Positions 56,422 to 64,000 of a DNA stretch of 64,000 bases are shown here, piece by piece. Each line of letters starts with the position of its first letter. Within the stretch, counting starts at the first letter, position 1. The notes under the pieces are model-generated. The model made no database searches. It was not told the DNA's origin and saw only the letters and a program-made list of their open reading frames with translations. The stretch lies in NCBI RefSeq assembly GCF_009914755.1, contig NC_060937.1; one strand, written 5' to 3'. The translations under genes and the position numbers were made by a program. The stretch comes from the human T2T-CHM13v2.0 reference genome, Homo sapiens.

Positions 56422-58109
56422 TATAACCACTCGACAGGTTCTTACCCACTGCCTAGACTGAGCTGGTTTATCAAGACAGGCAAATTGCAATGGAGAAAGA
56501 GTGTAATGTATGCAAAGCCAACTGTACAGGAGGGTGGAGTTTTATTATTACTCAAATCAGTCTTCCCGAAAACGTGGGGATCACGTAGGGGATCAGAAAG
56601 TGGGGAGTGCTGATTAGTCTGGTTGGAGATGAAACCATAGGGAGTTGATACTATCCTCTTGCACTGAGTCAGTTCCTGGGTGGGAGCCACAAGACCAGAT
56701 AAGCCAGTTTATCTATCTGGGTTCTGCCAGCTGATCCATCAAGTGGAAGGTCTAAAAAATATCTCAAGCATTAATCTTAGCTTTTACAATAGTGATGTTA
56801 TCCTTAGGACTGGGAGGTTTGGAATCTTGCAGCCTTCAGCTGCATGACTCTTAAACCATAATTTCTAATCTTGCAGCTAATTTGTTAGTCCTGTAAAGGC
56901 AGTCTAGTCCCCAGCCAGGAAGGGGTCTTATTTCAGTGAAGTGCTGTTATTGTCTTTGTTTCAAAGTTAAACTATATTTGGTTTTCTGTTTTTGCGTTAG
57001 TTTGCCAAGGATAATAGCCTCCAGCTCCAACCACGTTCCCACAAAAGACATGATCTCATTTGTTTTTTGGCTGCATAGTATTTCATGGTGTATATGTATA
57101 TGTATATGTATATGTAGTATTTCATAGTATTTCATGGTATATGTAGCATATTTTCTTTATCCAATCTGTCATTGTTGGGCATTTAGGTTGATTCCATGAC
57201 TTTGCTATTGTGAATAGTGCTGCAATGAACATTTGTATGCATGTGCCTTTATCATATAATGATTCATATTCCTTTGGGTACATACCCAGTAATGGGATTG
57301 CTGGGTTGAATGGTAGTTCTGCTTTTGGTCTTTGAGGAATTACTATACTGCCTTCCACAATGGTTGAACTAATTTACACTCTCATCAACAATGTACAGGT
57401 GTTCCCTTTTCTCCACAATGTCGTCAGCCTCTGTAAATTTTTGACTTTTTAGTAATAGCTATTCCAACTGACATCATTGTGGTTTTGATTTGCATTTCTC
57501 TAGCAATCAGTGATATTGAGGTTTTTTTTCTTTTTTTTCCACATGCTTGTTGGCCTCATGTACATCCATGTTTTAATAGAGTTGTTTGTTTTTCCCTTGT
57601 AAATGTGTTCAAGTTCCTTATAGATGCTGGATATTAGACCTTTGTCAGATGCATAGTTTACAAATATTTCTTCCATTCTTTATGTTATCTGTTAACGCAT
57701 GTTCTCATTTATAAGGGTGAGCTTAATGATAAGAACTTATGAATATAAAGAAAGAAACAATAGACACTGGAGTCTTCTTGAGAATGGAGGTTAGGAGGAG
57801 CAGAAAAGATAACTATTGGGTACTGGGCTTAATACATGGGTGATGAAATATTCTGTAACACAAACCCCAGTGACACGAGTTTACCTACCTACCTAACCTT
57901 CACATATACTCCAGAACCTAAAATAAAAGCTAAAAAATAAAGTAAAATAAAATTAAACTATAAACTAACTTCCTCCCAAAATTAGTTTGGCCTGTGCTCA
58001 GGAATGAACAAGGACAGACTGGAGGTTAGAAGCAAGATGGGGTCAGTTAGGTCAGATTTCTGACACTGTAATAATTTTCTCACTTATAATGTTTGCAAAG
58101 CCTCTTTCA
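56422..58109 (-). mobile_element. LTR8 (8A/8B-like) solo LTR split by an L1
   Basis: Minus strand TGAAAGAGGCTTTGCAAACATTATAAGTGAGAAAATTA...CCATCTTGCTTCTAACCTCC; 4-bp TSD AAAG (56418-56421, 58110-58113). Confidence 0.85.
56977..57948 (+). mobile_element. Twin-primed L1PA (approx. PA10-13): inverted part 56977-57694 (-), 3' end 57695-57948 (+)
   Basis: ORFs 56947..57135 and 57122..57358 are ORF2p C-terminus on minus; sense 3'UTR with A tail; TSD AAAGTTAAACTATA / AAAATTAAACTATA. Confidence 0.9.
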
Positions 58110-58386
58110 AAAGGTCCAAAGATTTTATTTGGTATTATATTTCATCTTATTTTCAACATGAAGGATATTAAATTATGTGAATTGCTGATAGTAATAGGAT
58201 GGTGCCAAAGATTTGGGGAGATTCAAGTTAGAGAAGACAGCAGGGAAAAATCATCAAGGTTTTGATTGATAGGCTCAATAAGCATGACTCCAGGGCAATA
58301 TTGTAAACAAAACTTTATTTTAGCCTCCCATTTGTATTTATTCAGGTAATTTTTCTCTGCTCTTAGATGAAAATTTAGACAGGTTT

Positions 58387-59001
58387 TGTTACCAGAAAGG
58401 GATACCAATCCAGACCCCAAGAGAGGGTTCTTGGATCTCAGGCAAGGAAGAATTCAGGGCGAGTCCATAGAGTAAAGTCAAAGGAAGTTTATTAGAAAAG
58501 TAAAGGAGTAAAGAATGGCTACTTCATAAGCACGAGTAGCCCTGAGGGCTGCTGGTTGGCTATTTTTATGGTTATTTCTTGATTATATGCTAAACAAGGG
58601 GTGGATTATCCATGAGTTTTCCGGAAAAGGGGTGGGCAATTCCCAGGACTGAGGGTTTCACCCCTTTTCAGACCATACAGAATAATTTACTGACATTGCC
58701 ATGACATTTGCAAACTGTCATGGTGCTGGTGGGAGTGTCTTTTGCTAATGCCTTATAATTAGTTTATAAGGACGACCAGAGGTCACTTTCATAGCCCTCT
58801 TGGTTTTGGTGGTTTGGGGCCAGCTTCTATACCACATGCTGTTTTATCAGCAAGGTCTTTGTGACCATACCTCGTGCCATCCTTCCATCTCTTCACACTT
58901 AGAATGCCTAAACTCCTGGAAATGCAACCCAGTACGTCTCAGCCTTATTTTACCAAGCTCCTATTCAAGATGGAGTTGCTCTGTTTCAAATGCCTCTGAC
59001 A
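58387..59001 (-). mobile_element. MER41B-like solo LTR
   Basis: Minus strand TGTCAGAGGCATTTGAAACAGAGCAACTCCATCTTGAATAGG...CTTTCTGGTAACA; 4-bp TSD GTTT (58383-58386, 59002-59005). Confidence 0.92.
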
Positions 59002-60689
59002 GTTTTATTACTTCTGGTCATTCTTACAAAATGGAAATTCCTAAGATCTTTTAAAATTTCAAACACAGTCTGAACTCAGTAATTATAGATTCTAATTGCA
59101 GTAAATAATCAAAATTGTGAAGTTAACTTAATGTCAAATATTTCCTCTCCATCACCTGGAATTCTTGGAAGTTTAGTGTGGGAAAGAGAGCCAAGTGAGG
59201 GCTGGAAATTCTTAAATATTCATAGGATGGAACCTTTTTCTCTGGGCATAGTCATGCTAATAGCTTATTTTCTCTTGTGTAATCCCCAGCCCAAATTCCT
59301 GGCAGTGCATCTCATTTGCAAGCAGCTTCCCATTCATTTCTTGGTTTTCTCTCCACATTGACTCCACACTTGGAGTTCTATTGCTTTTTCCATGTGTTGC
59401 TTTTGTGCTGAACTTAAATTGGCCTCAAAAAGGGATATTGTATTATGAGGTCTACATTTGATTCAGAGAAAACATGCTCAAAAATGTGGGGCTCCATTCA
59501 AAAAGAAGTACTCCTGTGTTCCAGACATAACAGTGACCCATCTTTGCCATGCTGCCCAAGCAGCTCATCTCCATGTGTTACCCCTAGCCTTCAGACTTCC
59601 TGGGATGGGTCAAAACTATGTTCTTGGCTCTGCCAAGTTCTATGAGAAATGATTCAAACTCTTTTTTTCTTCCTATCAATGTCTTCTCTTTGTCCCTTGG
59701 TGGTGGAATGCAGGGTGGGGTAATAGCAGCTCTCTCTCAAAAAATTGCTTTACAATTCTCTTCCTGGAGCTCCACCTTTTTTATACTTTATATTACTGAA
59801 TTAGGTGAAGAGTTCAAGGGTTTTGAAACACGTTCTACATATACTTTTCAATTTCTACGTTCAGTCTATGATATTTTATCAGAATGTCATATGTATTGAG
59901 TACAGATGATGCAAATAGAATCTTTTCATTGAGTATTCTGTTACTTGTAGATTTACTGAGAAGATGGGAAAACTAGAAGTATAATGGAAAATAATCTAGC
60001 ATATTGATATGGCAGACAGTCAGCATGGTTTTCATCAGAAATAATTTACAATGTTTCCAAAGCATGAAATGAGTCTTGCTTTAACAGTATTCTGAGAGGA
60101 GTTTATAAAAACAATTCTTAAACATATGTTGTAAGTTTTAGATAATATAACATTAAAAATCACATGATTTATTAAACATATATTGTTTGCAATTCAGTTT
60201 GGTGACTTGAACTTGCAAATAGCAACATGTAGCACCAAGACACAGCAGACCCTTCATTTTTTATCTGAATCCCATGGACACTCTTTTTTATTTACCTCAC
60301 ATCAAGAAAATAAGTCAATCAGGATAACTTTGGGAGAACGTTATTATGATTTTATGATTTGAGTTTCAGAAAACAGTTTGGACTAAAATAGAAGATATCA
60401 GAGACTTTTAGGGAGCCAGCTTTCTGTCGCCTGAAACACTTTAAAATAATGTAATTTATCATTTTCTGTTGATATTTGAATGGATTATCTTCAAAATGAA
60501 TAAAATCCATACAGCATATAAAGGTGTTGAGGTTTGTTGGAGGAGGAACTGCTTTCAATGTTATAAGAATGAAGGAGAAAAAATAGATGCAAACATTGAT
60601 TTTTGGTACGTTTACAGGTTTTGTGTCTGGTGGATTAGAGAATGCCTGAGTTGAATTTTGAAGCCAGATGGAAAAGTTGTTGTATGATT

Positions 60690-61370
60690 CCAAGCATGAA
60701 CTGTAAATAATACCACATAAGAGAGTTGTGAGAAATGGGGATGAAACAGTAGTCAGGCGCTAGATAATAAAGGATTATGTGTGGCATACTAAGGAGTTTG
60801 TTAATTCTACAGGCAACAGAGGGTCATTAAACAATTTCATCAAGGTAAAATCTCATGCTGGTGCTATTTATGTAAAAGATTTATGGTGGATGAAGAATGA
60901 GAAGCAAGGATCCAACTAAGGATGCTATTACAGAAGTTTAGTTTAAAGATAATAAGAGGCTATACTGCCTCATAGTGTAAAAAAGAGAAGGAAAGAGAAA
61001 CATTAATGAGGTCCAATTGGCTGGACTTGAAGAATAATAAGATGTGGAAAATGAGAAAGAGCCCAAAGTCAAGAATAAGATTCAAACTTTGACAGCAGCT
61101 CTATGTTTTGGTATCAACCAATATAAAATTTAAAGAGAAGAAATGCAGTTTAGAAATGAGGGGGAGGCAAAAATAATGATGAAGAAATAATTTGGTTTTG
61201 TAAATATTGATTTTGAGATGCCTACTGGATATCTAAATAGAGATATAAGGTAAAAAATTGTGTATCAAATTTTGAAGCTCAGGTGGAGGTGTAGGCAAGA
61301 TAAATTGATTTGATGCTCATCAAGATAAGCATGTGTTGAAGTTTCAAGAAAAGATGAGATTATCCAGATA
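60690..61370 (-). mobile_element. L2 fragment
   Basis: TTTTGAGATGCCTACTGGATATCTAAATAGAGAT, GAAGCTCAGG L2 motifs. Confidence 0.6.
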
Positions 61371-61789
61371 TAACTAGCTTTGTGATGCTTTTTTCTATAG
61401 AAGTCTTATTATTTTTGCAAGCCATGGAAGATGAAAAAAATATTTCTTTGATCTTTAATCTGTATATTTTATTGAATTTTCCTTTTGAATTAAAATAAAT
61501 GCATGCTTTTTACAATAAGCCAAGCAACTTTCTAAAATGTCATATGGTTTTGATTACAAATAACTTCATTAATATTATCTTCTGAATCTTTGTATGTTTT
61601 CTCATTCTCATAGTTCTGTAGTATTATTTTATGAGTCCCTTTTTTAAATTCTTTTTCCTGCCTGTTCATTCAGGGATAAAATATACAAAGCAATATTTTA
61701 TAAAGTGCATGAATTGCCTTTAGGAATGCTTGCTATCTACATGAATATAAGTATGTAACTCCTTAGTTGATGTTAAGTTGGGGAACATT

Positions 61790-62135
61790 TGAGGCTGGGG
61801 TCCCTGGAAGAAATTTTCTGAATTAAATATTTATACATAGCAAATTTAGGGTTGTGCATTTGGGAAAAATTGTAAGTGAGGGAGGCAGGACTTGGCAGAG
61901 ATTGAAGTTAAAATGTACTGCAAAGGCTTCAGCGGATCCCAAAGGCTGAGCTGTCCAAAACAAAGACAAGAGGTCTGGGCCTCTGTATCCTAGTATCAAT
62001 CATGCTTTAAATGCAGGTGACCTTCGAACAAGAAAATTCCAGGAGAAAGACTGAGCTGTGAGTTGTCAGCAGCCAATACTAGCTGTGTGAATGAGGGCTT
62101 TATCATAAAGCAGGAAGCATCATGGTTCCCACTAC
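61790..62135 (-). mobile_element. ERVL LTR (LTR33-like), 3' LTR of the adjacent internal segment
   Basis: GGAGGCAGGACTTGGCAGAG...GGCTTCAGCGGATCCC...GAGCTGTGAGTTGTCAGCAGCC; ends CACTACA next to a PPT-like AAAGTGGGTAC on minus. Confidence 0.55.
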
Positions 62136-62448
62136 AGTACCCACTTTGTCTCATTTTGATTCACATGTTTCTAGTAGCAAGCTCACCCTCACCTGGTTCA
62201 GATTCTCTAAGATTCCATTTTGTCTCATATCCTGGGGAAATGAATAATGTGCATATTAGTGGGATGATTTACATCTTCTCTCTCTCCACTGCATTGTTCT
62301 CAAGGATAACTATTGTTTCAACCTTCTTCTCACACTGGATGGCATCTTTGTTGATTTAGATGGCTTACCTGGGAGGTGAAGTTCTCTTTTGTCTATTAAT
62401 AATGACCTCTTTAGTCTGTGGCTGATACACTTATCCATTTAAGATTAA

Positions 62449-62834
<386 letters not shown>

Positions 62835-62962
62835 TCTTGCAGGCATTTTCTAATAATAACCCTGCCACTCACTGATGATTAGGCTGATTATCTTGTCAGT
62901 ATGTTGATGCTTTTACTTGCAGGTCTCTGGTTACATGGTACTAGAAATGGCCATATGGCAAC

Positions 62963-63345
62963 TGCCCAAGACCATGGGAACCCACCTCTTACATCAAGCA
63001 TGGCCAAGATGAGAGACATGAAGTCAAAGGAGATCATTTTGGAGTTTTAATATTTGACTGTCCCACTAGTTTTTGGACTTGCATGGGACCTGTAGCCCCT
63101 CAATTTTGGCCAATTTCTTCCATTTGGAATAGGTGTATTTACCCAATGCCTGTACCCCCACTGTATCTAAGAAGTAATTAACTTGTTTATGATTTTACAG
63201 GTTTCTTGCCTTGTCTCAGATGAAACTTTGGGACAGTGGACTTTTGAGTTAATGCTGAAATAAATTAAGACTTTCAGGACTCTTGGGAAGTCAAGATTGG
63301 TTTTAAAATGTGATGACATGAGATTTAGGATGGATTGGGGTGGAA
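62963..63345 (+). mobile_element. THE1 internal 3' remnant
   Basis: CTGCCCAAGACCATGGGAACCCACCTCTT...CCCAATGCCTGTACCCCCACTGTATCTA...TCTCAGATGAAACTTTGG. Confidence 0.85.
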
Positions 63346-63699
63346 TGATATGGTTTGGCTGTGTCCCTACCAAAATCCTATCTTGAATTATAGCTCCCAT
63401 AATTCCCATGTGACATGGGAGGGACCTGGTGCGAGGTAATTGAATCACAGGGCAGGTCTTTCCCATGCTGTTCTCATGATAGTACATAAGTCTTATGAGG
63501 TCTGATCGTTTTTATAAAGGGAGTTCACCTGAGCAAGCTCTCTCTTGACTGCTGCCATGTAAGACGTCCATTGCTCTTCCTCCATGATTGTGAGGCCTTC
63601 CTAGCCACATAGAACTATGAGTACATTAAAACTCTTTGCTTTATAATTTACCCAGTCTTGGGTATGTGTTTATTAGCAGCATGAGAACAGACTAATACA
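63346..63699 (+). mobile_element. THE1 (THE1C/B-like) 3' LTR
   Basis: TGATATGGTTTGGCTGTGTCCC...GAGAACAGACTAATACA. Confidence 0.93.
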
Positions 63700-64000
63700 G
63701 CGGCCATAGCTTAAAGTTCAGTGGGACTATTATTGTATCCTGTAGCAAAAGTGTCCCACCCTCTCCCTTTGGGAATGAGCGCCTCTATACCTACAGAGCC
63801 TAAGTTACAGGAATGAAAAGTACTGCCAGTGGGTCACTGGAAGGACAGAAAACAACTCTACATCTATTTACCCTTCCTGGTTTCTACTTTGGGAAAAAAG
63901 GACCATCTAAATGTTGGTGATTTATCCTGGAGGATGACACCCTCCCGAAATACCAATTCCTGACTTGCATCTCAGCTGTTGTGTTAAGAGGCCATTCCCT

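Overview
AT-rich, repeat-dense primate (catarrhine, most likely human or ape: AluY, L1PA, HERV-K14, MER41B, THE1) non-coding DNA. I found no convincing protein-coding exon or CpG island; almost all listed ORFs fall in Alu, L1 or ERV relics or are chance ORFs. The window is a fossil record of retrotransposition accidents. Highlights: (1) a 5.1-kb minus-strand provirus (4936-10066) with HERV-K14/HML-1 LTRs, a Lys PBS and a perfect 6-bp TSD, whose interior is mostly HERV-W plus scraps of another betaretroviral pol and a MER41-type PPT/LTR start; (2) a 43-nt exact U2 snRNA fragment fused antisense to a 3' L1PA fragment inside one TSD (31306-32190), best explained by twin priming on two different RNAs; (3) three further twin-primed (5'-inverted) L1s; (4) a MER57 provirus with its 3' end inverted; (5) a close head-to-head Alu pair and several solo LTRs (LTR8, MER41B, MER57, MLT2A, THE1). 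Subfamily names come from my recall of consensus sequences, not from a database search, and boundaries of old repeats are approximate.
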